Assembly (NCBI GenBank): GCA_024641895.1
Contig: JAHECE010000001.1
Location: forward strand, 1 to 42,813
DNA: 42,813 nucleotides
Source: Actinomycetales bacterium
Lineage (GTDB): Bacteria > Actinomycetota > Actinomycetes > Actinomycetales > JAHECE01
Direction of reading: 5' to 3'
Under the pieces are notes generated by a model that had not been told where the DNA came from, did no database searches, and was given only the letters and a program-made list of their open reading frames with translations. Each line of letters starts with the position of its first letter. Position 1 is the stretch's first letter. Shown here piece after piece: positions 1 through 9,831 of the stretch. The position numbers were made by a program, and so were the translations under genes.

Positions 1-735
1 GTAGGTGTCCGTGCCGCCGGCCATCCCCCCGAAGTCGACGGCCTGGCTGCCCGTAGTCGCGTCGAGCTGCTGCTGGCCGTCGAGGCCACCCGCGCCGACC
101 ACGGCGACCGCATAGTCGTGCAGGGTCGCCTGGGTGTTGAAGCGACCGGCGCCGGCGAAGCCTGCGTCGACCAGAAGCGCGTCGGCCGTCCAGCAGCCGT
201 ACGAGGTGAGGGAGCAGTAGCTGCCGTTCGCCGTGAGCGTTGCAGGGCTCGAGTCGTAGTCGGGTACGAACATCCAGTTCTGCGCGAACTGCCCACCGCG
301 CGCCCAGTCGTAGGCGCAGTGCCCGGCTGTGAGGACGAGCGAGCGGTCGGAATTGTCGTCGTTGACGACGCTCGCCGAGCACACGTAGTAGGACCGCCCG
401 AAGACGAAGAGCACCTTGCCGGTCGTCCGCTGCACGAGCCCGGCGCCCTCCCACGAGCCATCCAGATCGCTCGGCGGCGGCGGAGGCGGCGTCGGCCTGC
501 CCTTCTTGGCCTGCACTGGTCGGAAGGCGCCGGTGGCAACCTCGTACTCGAAGTCCCGAGGCACCGCCTGCGCCACCCGTGCCGGGGTCCAGAACTCCAC
601 GATGCGGTCGTGCTCGGACTTGCCGCCGCTGGCCGAGGCACCCCGGTCGGAGGCAGCCTGGGCGGGCATGGCGGCGGCAGCGGCCAGCAGCGCGGCGGTC
701 GCCGCGACAAGGAGCCTACGAGGCGAAAGAGACAT
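1..735 (-). CDS. secreted trypsin-like (S1 family) serine peptidase; N-terminal part only, gene runs off the left edge
   Basis: Own minus-strand translation from the ATG at 735. It gives a signal peptide MSLSPRRLLVAATAALLAAAAAMPAQA, a poly-Pro linker (PTPPPPPPS) and the catalytic-His motif LVLTAGHC. It is absent from the ORF track because there is no stop codon inside the window. Confidence 0.7.
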   Translation of the reverse strand, partial: MSLSPRRLLVAATAALLAAAAAMPAQAASDRGASASGGKSEHDRIVEFWTPARVAQAVPRDFEYEVATGAFRPVQAKKGRPTPPPPPPSDLDGSWEGAGLVQRTTGKVLFVFGRSYYVCSASVVNDDNSDRSLVLTAGHCAYDWARGGQFAQNWMFVPDYDSSPATLTANGSYCSLTSYGCWTADALLVDAGFAGAGRFNTQATLHDYAVAVVGAGGLDGQQQLDATTGSQAVDFGGMAGGTDTY

Positions 736-889
736 GACAAGGACTCCCTGTCGGGCAGAACAGAAACGGAATAGATGTCCGAGAATGCACCTATTGTACA
801 TTTGCAGGAGGCGCCGAGGCAGCGGTCCGCGACCGTGCCGACCTGAGACCGGATGCCGACCGAGCCCGCCCCGCCCAGGAGGTCACCCG

Positions 890-1354
890 ATGCCCGCCAC
901 TGACATGCCCCGCCGGGGACCCGTCGACCTGATCACCGAAGCCGCACGGCACGCCCTCGACGTGCGCCGCGTCGTCGGCGACCCGATCATCCACGGCGAC
1001 ACGATGGTCATCCCCGTGGCGCGCATCCGCGGTGGCAGCGGCTCAGGTTTCGGCAGCGGCAGCCTCGACGCGGGCGGGCGCCACGACGGCCACCCGACAG
1101 GCTTGTCGAAGGCACAGGCACCCGCGGGAGATGACGCCGCCGACAGCGTCCGCGGGGCGGGCCGGGGCGACGGCGGCGGGGGCGGCTTCGCGGTCTCGGC
1201 CCGGGCCCTGGGGGCCTACGTCGTCCGGGGCGACGACGTCGTCTGGCGGCCCGCCGTCGACGCCACGCGGGTGATCCTCGCGGGCCAAGCCGTGGCCGCG
1301 ATCGCGGTGGTGGCCGCGGCCCGGGTCATCCGCCGGCGCTCTCGGCACTGGTGA
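890..1354 (+). CDS. GerW/YtfJ family (sporulation protein YtfJ-like) protein
   Basis: In frame with track ORF 416..1354. ATG at 890 is preceded by AGGAGG (877-882). Gly-rich core (GGSGSGFGSGS ... GGGGGF) flanked by the VIPVARI and YVVRGDDVVWRPAVD strands typical of this family. Confidence 0.7.
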   Translation: MPATDMPRRGPVDLITEAARHALDVRRVVGDPIIHGDTMVIPVARIRGGSGSGFGSGSLDAGGRHDGHPTGLSKAQAPAGDDAADSVRGAGRGDGGGGGFAVSARALGAYVVRGDDVVWRPAVDATRVILAGQAVAAIAVVAAARVIRRRSRHW

Positions 1355-2129
1355 CGCGCAGCTCCAGGGAGTCGACGCGCTCCGCCACGATCTCCGCGGC
1401 GGCCAGCGCCCGGCTCGCCTCCGCGACGACGCCGTCCAGCGCCGCCTGATCGAGACCGCCGACCACGGCGAGCACCACCGCGAGCTCCGCCCTCCTGCCC
1501 CGCTCGCAGCGGACGGACACGAGCCCCGCGACGTCCCCGAGAGCCGCGGCCACGGCCGCCGCCACCTCAGGGTCTTGCGGCGACGGAATCCACCGGCGGC
1601 CTTGTGCGAGCGCCCACACCGCGGGCCGCGGGACGAGCACGGTCACGGGCCCGGCTGGGTCGAGCACGAGCAGGCCGTCTGCTTCGGTGGCCGCCGCAAG
1701 CGCGGCCCGAGGACCCTCGGAGGGCAGGAGCCGCGCCTTCGGGTCCCAGCGCCGCAGCGTCTCCACGCTGGAGAAGGCCGGCAGCACGGCCCGCCCATCC
1801 GGTCCGGCAACGATCACGAGCGCCGCCGAGGCGGCCTTCTCCTGAGCCCAGGGTGCCGCGGCGCCGGCGATGGCGGGGTCGCCGGTGCCCACGCCGAGGT
1901 GACGCTGCAGGTGCGCATGAGGGCCGGCGGAAGCGTGGTGGTCGTGCTCCTCGTGCGCGACGACCGGCACGAGGACTCGGGTCGAGGCCAGTGCCCGGAC
2001 GACGGCGTCCACGCGCGCGACGATGCCGACGTCGTCGCCGATCTCGAGGGCCGCCCGCAGCGCCGGCTCGCACGACCCGTCGTCGGCCGCGAAGGGCGAG
2101 GTCGGAGGTAAGGCGCGGCCGGGCGTCAC
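1326..2129 (-). CDS. SseB family protein
   Basis: Track ORF 1326..2129. Contains [22 protein letters not shown]...LLVLDPAGP, which matches the SseB N-domain pattern. The GTG start overlaps the priA stop (GTGA). Confidence 0.7.
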   Translation of the reverse strand: MTPGRALPPTSPFAADDGSCEPALRAALEIGDDVGIVARVDAVVRALASTRVLVPVVAHEEHDHHASAGPHAHLQRHLGVGTGDPAIAGAAAPWAQEKAASAALVIVAGPDGRAVLPAFSSVETLRRWDPKARLLPSEGPRAALAAATEADGLLVLDPAGPVTVLVPRPAVWALAQGRRWIPSPQDPEVAAAVAAALGDVAGLVSVRCERGRRAELAVVLAVVGGLDQAALDGVVAEASRALAAAEIVAERVDSLELRVTSAESAGG

Positions 2130-2857
2130 GGCCGGCCCGCGACGTCGAGCGCCTCGGGCAGGGTGAAGGCACCGGCGTAGAGGGCCTTGCCGACGATGGC
2201 GCCCTCCACTCCGAGCGGGACCAGCTCGCGCAGAGCGGCGAGATCCGCCAGAGAGGAGATTCCGCCCGAGGCGACCACGGGTGCGCTCGTCCGGGAGCAG
2301 ACCTCCCGAAGCAGGTCGACGTTCGGGCCGCGCAGGGTGCCGTCCTTGGTGACGTCGGTGACGACGTAGCGCGAGCAGCCGTCGGCGTCGAGCCTGGCGA
2401 GCACCTCCCAGAGGTCGCCGCCCTCGCGGGTCCAGCCGCGAGCCGCGAGCGTCGTCCCGCGCACGTCGAGGCCCACGGCGACGCGGTCGCCGTGGCGCGC
2501 GATCGCCGCGGCCGTCCAGTCGGGGTTCTCCAACGCAGCGGTACCCAGGTTCACCCGGCGCGCACCGGTCGCGAGCGCCCGCTCGAGGGACGCGTCGTCG
2601 CGGATCCCGCCGGAGAGCTCGACGGCGACGTCGAGGGAGCGGACGACGTCAGCGAGCAGCTCCGCGTTGCTGCCGCGACCGAAGGCGGCGTCGAGGTCGA
2701 CGAGGTGGATCCACTCGGCGCCGGCTGCGGCCCAGGCCTGCGCCGCAGCCATCGGGTCGCCGTAGGAGGTCTCGGAACCGGCCTCCCCCTGGACGAGTCG
2801 GACGGCCTGCCCGGCGACGACGTCGACGGCCGGCAGGAGCTCGAGGCGAGCGCTCAC
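2126..2857 (-). CDS. priA: bifunctional HisA/TrpF isomerase PriA (phosphoribosylformimino-AICAR-P isomerase)
   Basis: Internal GTG start at codon 132 of track ORF 2126..3250. Begins [25 protein letters not shown] and contains [11 protein letters not shown]; 243 aa. Confidence 0.9.
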   Translation of the reverse strand: MSARLELLPAVDVVAGQAVRLVQGEAGSETSYGDPMAAAQAWAAAGAEWIHLVDLDAAFGRGSNAELLADVVRSLDVAVELSGGIRDDASLERALATGARRVNLGTAALENPDWTAAAIARHGDRVAVGLDVRGTTLAARGWTREGGDLWEVLARLDADGCSRYVVTDVTKDGTLRGPNVDLLREVCSRTSAPVVASGGISSLADLAALRELVPLGVEGAIVGKALYAGAFTLPEALDVAGRP

Positions 2858-2922
2858 GTGTCTCTGCTTTCTTCTCGGTGGCGGCCCGGCGCGACGGCGC
2901 CGCCGAGCCCGGATGTCTCGGG

Positions 2923-3567
2923 TCAGCCGAGGGTGGCGACCCAGTTGCGCAGCAGGTGCGCCCCGGCGTCGCCGGACTTCTCGGGGTGGAACTGCGTCGC
3001 GGCGAGCGCCCCGTTCTCGACGGCCGCGACGAAGGGCCCACCGTGGTCGCTCCAGGTCACGAGCGGGAGCGTCGTCCTGCCAGGGCCGAGCGCTGCCGCC
3101 GGGTCCGTCTGGACCGCATAGGAGTGGACGAAGTAGAAGCGCTCCGACTCGACCCCGCGGAAGAGCACGGTTCCCTCGGGGGGTCGGACCGGCGACCAGC
3201 CCATGTGGGGGACGACGTCGGCGGTCAGCCGCTCGACGACGCCCGGCCACTCGCCCAGGCCCTCGGTTCGCACCCCGTGCTCGACGCCGAGCTCGAACAT
3301 CACCTGCATGCCGACGCAGATGCCGAGGACGGGGCGGCCACCGGCCAGGCGCCGGTCGATGATCGCGGGCGCCCCGACGTCACGCAGGCCGGCCATGACC
3401 GCGGCGAAGGCACCGACGCCCGGGACGACGAGACCGTCCGCCCCCGCGGCGCGAGCGGGATCGGCGGTGAGCTCGACGTCGGCGCCGACGCGCTCGAGCG
3501 CCCGAACGGCCGAACGGACGTTGCCGGAGCCGTAGTCGAGGACGACGACGCGCGGGGAGATGGCCAC
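2923..3567 (-). CDS. hisH: imidazole glycerol phosphate synthase, glutamine amidotransferase subunit HisH
   Basis: C-terminal part of track ORF 2923..4017. Contains [21 protein letters not shown] (catalytic Cys) and QFHPEKS. Start is GTG at 3567; an alternative ATG at 3639 has a GAAGGG Shine-Dalgarno. Confidence 0.88.
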   Translation of the reverse strand: MAISPRVVVLDYGSGNVRSAVRALERVGADVELTADPARAAGADGLVVPGVGAFAAVMAGLRDVGAPAIIDRRLAGGRPVLGICVGMQVMFELGVEHGVRTEGLGEWPGVVERLTADVVPHMGWSPVRPPEGTVLFRGVESERFYFVHSYAVQTDPAAALGPGRTTLPLVTWSDHGGPFVAAVENGALAATQFHPEKSGDAGAHLLRNWVATLG

Positions 3568-3691
3568 GTCGGCAGGGTACAAGCCCGCCCGGCGCGGCTC
3601 GCCCCGCACCCCGAGCACCCCCGCCGTCCGCCGTCCCATGATGTGGACCCTTCTCGACGATCCCTGAGACGAGCCCGCTAGATTCCCCGTC

Positions 3692-3760
3692 ATGGCCCCG
3701 ACCCGACTGCTCCGACGAATGCGTGGCGCCGGCCGCGCAGCGCGTTGTCGCTGTCGTTGA
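3692..3760 (+). promoter_or_regulatory. candidate leaderless 22-codon uORF ([22 protein letters not shown]) upstream of sir
   Basis: ATG at 3692 lies 7 nt downstream of a TANNNT-type -10 hexamer (TAGATT, 3679-3684). Two TGT Cys codons at 3746-3748 and 3752-3754; TGA at 3758-3760. GC-rich hairpins follow at 3776-3790 and 3799-3817. Confidence 0.2.
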
Positions 3761-3877
3761 TCCGCGCCTGACTCAGCGGCTGCCCGCCGCGACAAGAGCC
3801 CGGCACGCGAAGCCGGGTCTGCGCGTCCCATGCGGACTCCCGAGCTTCGTGCGTACCCGCACCGCCGTGAGGACCAC

Positions 3878-5626
3878 ATGACGAGCAAGCGCATCACCCC
3901 GACCGAGGGCACGACGCCCGCCGGCTCCGCGGGCGAGCCCGCGGACCGGCCGGCGAGGCCCGCCCGCGCCCAGCGCAGCAACGGGCAGTGGGCGGTGGAC
4001 GGCCGGGCCCCGCTCAACGGGAACGAGGCATGGAAGCAGCAGGACGGCGGCCTGAACGTCCGCGAACGGATCGAGAGCGTCTACTCCCGCGAGGGCTTCG
4101 ACTCGATCCCGGACGACGACCTCCACGGCCGCTTCCGCTGGTGGGGCCTCTACACCCAGCGCGCGCCGGGGATCGACGGCGGCCGCACCGCCCAGCTCGA
4201 GCCGCACGAGATCTCCGACCGGTTCTTCATGCTCCGCGTCCGGCTCGACGGCGGCGCCGTGTCGACCGAGCAGCTCCGCGTCGTCGCCGGCATCTCCACG
4301 GAGTTCGGCCGCGACACCGCGGACATCACGGATCGACAGAACATCCAGCTCCACTGGATCGAGGTCGAGTCGGTCCCCGAGATCTGGCGGCGCCTCGAGG
4401 CCGTCGGGCTGTCCACGACCGAGGCCTGCGGGGACACCCCCCGGGTCGTCCTCGGCAGCCCCGTCGCCGGCATCTCGGCGGACGAGCTCATCGACTCCAC
4501 CCGCGCCGTCGAGGCGATCACGAGCCGGTACCTGGGCGATGCGCAGTTCGCGAACCTGCCGCGCAAGTTCAAGACGGCCGTCACCGGGCACCCCAGCCAG
4601 GACGTGGTCCACGAGATCAACGACGTGTCGTTCGTCGCCGTCGAGCACCCCGGGCTCGGCGTCGGGTACGACGTGTGGGTGGGCGGCGGCCTGAGCACGA
4701 ACGCCCACCTCGCGGTCCGCCTCGGCGCCTTCGTGACCGAGGACGAGGTTGCCGAGGTGTGGGCGGGCGTCATCGCGATCTTCCGCGACTACGGCTACCG
4801 GCGCCTGCGCAACCGTGCCCGGCTGAAGTTCCTCGTCGCCGACTGGGGTGCTGAGAAGTTCCGCCAGGTGCTCCAGGACGAGTACCTGCACCGCGTGCTC
4901 CCCGACGGCCCGGCGCCCACGGCGCCCACGGGCCCGGGCGACCACGTCGGGGTCCACGCCCAGAAGGACGGCCGCTTCTACGTCGGAGCGGCCCCGACCG
5001 TCGGCCGCGTCTCCGGCACGATCCTCGCCGGCGTCGCCGACCTGGCCGAGCGGGCCGGTTCGAGCCGGGTGCGGCTCACGCCGCACCAGAAGCTCGTGGT
5101 CCTGGACGTCCCCGAGCCCGCCGTGGACGACGTCCGGGCGGGCCTCGACGAGCTGGGCCTGCAGTCCGCGCCGGGGCTCTTCCGCCGACACACCATCGCC
5201 TGCACCGGCATCGAGTACTGCAAGCTCGCGATCGTCGAGACCAAGTCGACCGCCTCGACGGCGATCGCCGAGCTCGACCGACGCCTCGCAGGCGTGGAGG
5301 TCGACCAGCCGATCACGCTGCACGTCAACGGCTGCCCCAACTCCTGCGCGCGGATCCAGACAGCGGACATCGGCCTCAAGGGCCAGCTGGTCCCGACTGC
5401 CGAGGGCGGTCAGGAGCCCGGCTTCCAGGTGCACCTCGGTGGTGGGCTCGCCGCGATGGACCAGGCCGAGCCGGGTCTCGGCCGCACGGTGCGCGGCCTC
5501 AAGGTGACGGCTGCGGACCTGCCGGACTACGTCGAGCGCGTCGTCCGGCGATTCGTCGACGAGCGGGCGGACGGCGAGCGTTTCGCCGCCTGGGCCCATC
5601 GGGCAGAGGAAGGGGCACTCCAGTGA
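3878..5626 (+). CDS. sir: ferredoxin-dependent sulfite reductase (nitrite/sulfite reductase hemoprotein family)
   Basis: Track ORF 3830..5626. ATG at 3878 follows GTGAGGA. Siroheme/[4Fe-4S] Cys motifs CTGIEYC and NGCPNSC are present. Sulfite rather than nitrite is assigned from the cysH/D/N context. Confidence 0.9.
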   Translation: MTSKRITPTEGTTPAGSAGEPADRPARPARAQRSNGQWAVDGRAPLNGNEAWKQQDGGLNVRERIESVYSREGFDSIPDDDLHGRFRWWGLYTQRAPGIDGGRTAQLEPHEISDRFFMLRVRLDGGAVSTEQLRVVAGISTEFGRDTADITDRQNIQLHWIEVESVPEIWRRLEAVGLSTTEACGDTPRVVLGSPVAGISADELIDSTRAVEAITSRYLGDAQFANLPRKFKTAVTGHPSQDVVHEINDVSFVAVEHPGLGVGYDVWVGGGLSTNAHLAVRLGAFVTEDEVAEVWAGVIAIFRDYGYRRLRNRARLKFLVADWGAEKFRQVLQDEYLHRVLPDGPAPTAPTGPGDHVGVHAQKDGRFYVGAAPTVGRVSGTILAGVADLAERAGSSRVRLTPHQKLVVLDVPEPAVDDVRAGLDELGLQSAPGLFRRHTIACTGIEYCKLAIVETKSTASTAIAELDRRLAGVEVDQPITLHVNGCPNSCARIQTADIGLKGQLVPTAEGGQEPGFQVHLGGGLAAMDQAEPGLGRTVRGLKVTAADLPDYVERVVRRFVDERADGERFAAWAHRAEEGALQ

Positions 5627-6354
5627 CCGAGCAGCAGACCCTGCAGGAGACGCGCGGCCGCCGCCGCCCGAGCGACGAGCTCCGCGACATCCTCGAGGAC
5701 GCCGCACCCCGTCTCGCCCGGGCCTCCGCGGAGGAGGTCGTCGAGTGGGCCGCCAAGGAGTTCGGGCTCTCGATGGCGGTCGCGTGCAGCATGGCCGACG
5801 CCGTGCTGCCGCACCTGGTCTCGCGCTTCGCGCCCGGGGTGGACGTGCTCTTCCTCGACACCGGCTACCACTTCGCCGAGACGATCGGCACGCGGGACGC
5901 GGTCGCGGCCACCCTGCCGGTGACCGTCGTCGACGTGCTGCCGATCCTCTCCGTGGCCGAGCAGGACGCCACCCACGGCAAGGACCTCTACACGAGCGAC
6001 CCGACCGCCTGCTGCCGGATGCGCAAGGTCGAGCCGCTGGCCGAGCAGCTCATCGGCTACGAGGCCTGGGTGACCGGCGTCCGCCGCGAGGAGTCCCCCA
6101 CGCGCACCGACACGCCGCTCGTCGGCTGGGACCACACCCACGGGCTCGTGAAGATCAACCCGCTCGCCGCGTGGACGTTCGACGACCTGGTGGCCTACGC
6201 CCACGAGCACGCCGTGCTCGTCAACCCCTTGCTCGAGGACGGCTACCCGTCCATCGGCTGCGCGCCCTGCACCCGCCGCGTCGAGGCGGGTGGCGACCTG
6301 CGCTCGGGCCGCTGGGCGGGCTTCTCCAAGGTCGAGTGCGGGATCCACCTGTGA
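5623..6354 (+). CDS. cysH: adenosine 5-prime-phosphosulfate (APS) reductase, Fe-S type CysH
   Basis: Track ORF 5623..6354. Contains FLDTGYHF, the Cys pairs CCRMRKV and GCAPCT, and the C-terminal ECGIH motif. The GTG start overlaps the sir stop (GTGA). Confidence 0.9.
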   Translation: MTEQQTLQETRGRRRPSDELRDILEDAAPRLARASAEEVVEWAAKEFGLSMAVACSMADAVLPHLVSRFAPGVDVLFLDTGYHFAETIGTRDAVAATLPVTVVDVLPILSVAEQDATHGKDLYTSDPTACCRMRKVEPLAEQLIGYEAWVTGVRREESPTRTDTPLVGWDHTHGLVKINPLAAWTFDDLVAYAHEHAVLVNPLLEDGYPSIGCAPCTRRVEAGGDLRSGRWAGFSKVECGIHL

Positions 6355-7331
6355 CCATCACCAAGCAGACGGCGCCCCCGGCGCCAGGGAAGGCAGCGTC
6401 CGTCGTGCCCGAGACGCCCCTGCTCGCCGGCGGAGAGCACCGCCTCACCCAGCTCGAGGCGCTGGAGAGCGAAGCGATCCACATCGTCCGCGAGGTCGTC
6501 GCCGAGTTCGAGCGGCCCGTGCTGCTCTTCAGCGGCGGGAAGGACTCGGTCGTGATGCTGCACCTCGCGGTCAAGGCGTTCTGGCCCGGACCCGTGCCCT
6601 TCCCCGTGATGCACGTCGACACCGGCCACAACTTCCCCGAGGTGCTCGAGTACCGCGACGCCACGGTGGCGCGGCTCGGCCTGCGCCTCGTGGTCGTCAA
6701 GGTCCAGGACTACATCGACGACGGGCGCCTGCGCGAGCGCGCCGACGGCACCCGCAACCCCCTGCAGACGCAGCCTCTGCTGGACGGCATCGCCGAGAAC
6801 AGGTTCGACTCCGTCTTCGGCGGCGGCCGCCGCGACGAGGAGAAGGCCCGCGCCAAGGAGCGCGTCCTGAGCCTGCGCGACGAGTTCGGCCAGTGGGACC
6901 CCCGCAGCCAGCGGCCCGAGCTGTGGAACCTGTACAACGGGCGGCACCGGCCGGGCGAGCACGTGCGCGTGTTCCCGCTGAGCAACTGGACCGAGCTCGA
7001 CGTCTGGCGCTACATCGCGGCGGAGCGGATCGAGCTGCCGTCGCTGTACTACGCCCACGAGCGCCCGGTCTTCGTCCGGGACGGCATGTTCCTGGCGGAC
7101 GGCCCCTACTCCCCCGTACCGGAGGGCGAGGAGCTGGTGGTGCGCCAGGTCCGCTACCGCACGGTGGGCGACATGTCCTGCACCGGGGCCGTCCTCTCCG
7201 ACGCCGTCGACGTCGACGGCGTCATCCGCGAGGTCGCGGCGAGCCGGCTGACCGAGCGTGGCGCGACCCGCGCAGACGACCGGCTCTCCGAAGCCGCGAT
7301 GGAAGACCGCAAGCGGGAGGGGTACTTCTGA
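6351..7331 (+). CDS. cysD: sulfate adenylyltransferase subunit 2 CysD
   Basis: In frame with track ORF 5745..7331. GTG at 6351 overlaps the cysH stop. Contains the PP-loop SGGKDS and the C-terminal DRKREGYF. Confidence 0.92.
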   Translation: MTITKQTAPPAPGKAASVVPETPLLAGGEHRLTQLEALESEAIHIVREVVAEFERPVLLFSGGKDSVVMLHLAVKAFWPGPVPFPVMHVDTGHNFPEVLEYRDATVARLGLRLVVVKVQDYIDDGRLRERADGTRNPLQTQPLLDGIAENRFDSVFGGGRRDEEKARAKERVLSLRDEFGQWDPRSQRPELWNLYNGRHRPGEHVRVFPLSNWTELDVWRYIAAERIELPSLYYAHERPVFVRDGMFLADGPYSPVPEGEELVVRQVRYRTVGDMSCTGAVLSDAVDVDGVIREVAASRLTERGATRADDRLSEAAMEDRKREGYF

Positions 7332-8638
7332 TGAGCACGCTGCTACGCCTGGCCACGGCAGGCTCGGTCGACGACGGCAAGTCCACCTTGGTCGGGCGGC
7401 TGCTGTACGACTCGAAGTCGGTGCTCACGGACCAACTCGACGCCGTCGAGCGCGTCAGCCGCAACCGCGGCCTCGACGTCGCCGACCTCGCCCTCCTGAC
7501 CGACGGCCTCCGGGCCGAGCGGGAGCAGGGCATCACGATCGACGTCGCGTACCGCTACTTCGCCACCGCGAACCGGTCGTTCATCCTCGCCGACTGCCCG
7601 GGTCACGTTCAATACACCCGGAACACGGTGACCGGGGCAAGCACCGCCGACGCCGTGGTCCTCCTCGTGGACGCGCGCAAGGGCCTGCTCGAGCAGACGA
7701 GCCGCCACCTCGCCGTCGCCTCGCTCCTGCGGGTGCCGCACGTCATCGTCGCGGTGAACAAGATCGACCTCGTCGGCTACGACCACTCCGTCTTCGCGGC
7801 GGTCTCGGCCCAGGTGGAGCACGCGGCGCGCGCGCTCGGGCTCCCCGACGTCCGCACGGTCCCGGTCTCGGCGCTCATCGGTGACAACATCGTCGATCGC
7901 TCGAACCGGACCTCCTGGTATGACGGACCGAGCCTCCTGGAGCTGCTGGAGCAGCTGCCTTCGGCGGAAGACCCTGCCAAGGAGGCCTTCCGCTTCCCCG
8001 TCCAGGTCGTGATCCGGCCGCAGGCGGCTGCGCACGACGAGGCGTACCGCGACTACCGCGGCTACGCGGGCCAGATCGCGGCAGGATTGGTGAAGGTCGG
8101 CGACCCGGTCGTCGTGCTGCCCTCGGGCACCTCGACGAGGATCGCCGGGATCGACACGGCCGACGGCGAGCTGGCGGAGGCGTTCGCCCCCCAGTCGGTC
8201 ACGATCCGGCTCACGGACGACGTCGACGTCGCCCGCGGAGACCTCGTCGCGGCGGCACAGGACGCGCCCGTGCCGACCCAGGACATCGAGGGGACCATCT
8301 GCTGGCTGGCCGAGCGCGAGCTGCGACCCGGCCAGCGCGTGCTGCTCAAGCACACGACCAGGACCGTGCAGGCCGTCGTGAGGGACATCGTCGGGCGCCT
8401 CGACCTCGACTCGGCCGAGCTCGGAGCGGCCGAGTCGCTCGGGCTCAACGACATCGGCCGCGTCCGCCTGCGCCTCGCCTCACCCGTGGTCGCCGAGCCC
8501 TACCTCACCTCCCGCCGCACCGGAGCGTTCCTGCTCATCGACGCGCACGACGGCAACACCCTCGCCGCCGGGATGGTCGGTGACGCACTGGCCGAGGTGC
8601 GCCATCCCGAGCAGCAACCGCTGCAGTACACGATCTGA
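7331..8638 (+). CDS. cysN: sulfate adenylyltransferase subunit 1 CysN (GTPase; no APS kinase domain)
   Basis: In frame with track ORF 6290..8638. ATG at 7331 overlaps the cysD stop (TGATG). GTPase motifs GSVDDGKST, DCPGH and NKID. 435 aa, which is too short to include a fused CysC domain. Confidence 0.92.
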   Translation: MSTLLRLATAGSVDDGKSTLVGRLLYDSKSVLTDQLDAVERVSRNRGLDVADLALLTDGLRAEREQGITIDVAYRYFATANRSFILADCPGHVQYTRNTVTGASTADAVVLLVDARKGLLEQTSRHLAVASLLRVPHVIVAVNKIDLVGYDHSVFAAVSAQVEHAARALGLPDVRTVPVSALIGDNIVDRSNRTSWYDGPSLLELLEQLPSAEDPAKEAFRFPVQVVIRPQAAAHDEAYRDYRGYAGQIAAGLVKVGDPVVVLPSGTSTRIAGIDTADGELAEAFAPQSVTIRLTDDVDVARGDLVAAAQDAPVPTQDIEGTICWLAERELRPGQRVLLKHTTRTVQAVVRDIVGRLDLDSAELGAAESLGLNDIGRVRLRLASPVVAEPYLTSRRTGAFLLIDAHDGNTLAAGMVGDALAEVRHPEQQPLQYTI

Positions 8639-8721
8639 GCGCCCCGCACCCGCCCCGCCCGCACCGACACCCGGCCCGCCAAGAGATCGGCAGCCACCCG
8701 CACCTGCATCGGAGAGCCGTC

Positions 8722-9831
8722 ATGCCCCGCCTGCCCCGCGCGCGAGACGTACGCGGTCCGGTCCGCCGGTCCGCGCGCGCGGTGCTCGCCGGACTCGTCG
8801 CGGTCGTGGCGGTGGCACTAGCGGCGTGCCAGCCGGTCGCCCAGGGCGCGGCGGGCGCTACCGACGAGGGACCCGCGGACCAGCTCCGGCTGGGGTACTT
8901 CGCGAACCTCACGCACGGGCCGGCTCTCGTCGCTCTGGCGACGGGCTCCTTCGCGGAGTCCCTCGGCGGGACCGCGCTGACCACCCAAGTGTTCAGCGCG
9001 GGGCCGGCGGCCATCGAGGCGCTCTACGCGGGCGCGATCGACGCGGCCTTCATCGGCCCCAACCCTGCGATCAACGGCTTCATCCGATCCGGGGGTGAGG
9101 GCCTGCGCATCGTCGCCGGCGCAGCGACGGGCGGCGCCCAGCTCGTCGTGCGCCCGGGCATCGCTTCCCCGGACGACCTCGTCGGCACGACGCTCGCTAG
9201 CCCGCAGCTCGGCAGCACCCAGGACGTCGCGCTGCGGACCTGGCTCGGCGACCACGGCCTGGCGACCCGGTTGCGCGGCGGCGGCGACGTCGCGATCACC
9301 CCCACGGCGAACGCGCTCGCGTTGCAGCTCTTCCGGGACGGCTCGCTCGACGGCGCGTGGCTGCCCGAGCCCTGGGCCTCCCGGTTCGTCCTCGAAGCCG
9401 GTGGCCGGGTACTCGTGGACGAGGCCGAGCTGTGGCCGGACGGCGTGTTCCCGACCACCTACCTCGTCGCCTCCTCGCGCTTCCTGGCCGAGCACCCGGA
9501 GACGGTCTCGGCGCTGCTGCGCGGGCTCGCCGACACGATCGCCTGGATGGAGACCGAGCCGGACGAGGCGGCATCCATCATCAACGCCGCGCTTGACGAG
9601 CTGACCGGTCAGCCGCTGGCACCCGACGTCCTGGTGCGCGCCCTCGGCGGCGTCGACTTCTCCCTCGACCCGCACGCCGACCTCGTCGACGACCTGCGCG
9701 ACGACGCGGTCCGGGCCGGCACGACCTCGGACGGCGCGGTCACCGGGATCGTCGACCTGAGGCTCCTCAACCTGGTCCTCGCGGACCGCGGCGAGGCGTC
9801 CCTGTCCGAGGCAGGGCTGGGACAACCATGA
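8722..9831 (+). CDS. ABC transporter substrate-binding lipoprotein, NMT1/SsuA/TauA-like (NitT/TauT family)
   Basis: Track ORF 8722..9831. GGAGAG Shine-Dalgarno upstream. Signal sequence has RR and the lipobox LAAC. Contains LRLGYFANLTHGPAL, typical of aliphatic sulfonate/nitrate/taurine binding proteins. Confidence 0.8.
   Translation: MPRLPRARDVRGPVRRSARAVLAGLVAVVAVALAACQPVAQGAAGATDEGPADQLRLGYFANLTHGPALVALATGSFAESLGGTALTTQVFSAGPAAIEALYAGAIDAAFIGPNPAINGFIRSGGEGLRIVAGAATGGAQLVVRPGIASPDDLVGTTLASPQLGSTQDVALRTWLGDHGLATRLRGGGDVAITPTANALALQLFRDGSLDGAWLPEPWASRFVLEAGGRVLVDEAELWPDGVFPTTYLVASSRFLAEHPETVSALLRGLADTIAWMETEPDEAASIINAALDELTGQPLAPDVLVRALGGVDFSLDPHADLVDDLRDDAVRAGTTSDGAVTGIVDLRLLNLVLADRGEASLSEAGLGQP

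Noticed and set aside
736-889. Lower-GC divergent region between the protease and the GerW gene, with a TGTACA palindrome
   Set aside because: It is probably just promoter DNA for both genes. The palindrome does not extend beyond 6 bp, and I cannot assign -10/-35 elements confidently.
3568-3877. Riboswitch (for example SAM-type) in the hisH/sir divergent intergenic region
   Set aside because: I could not recognise any conserved riboswitch core by eye, only short GC hairpins. A covariance-model scan would be needed, so no riboswitch claim is made.
3773-5707. 644-aa ORF antisense to the sulfite reductase gene
   Set aside because: It is a typical high-GC shadow ORF: Arg/Gly/Asp/Ala-rich with no recognisable motif. 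The opposite strand encodes a protein with clear Sir motifs.
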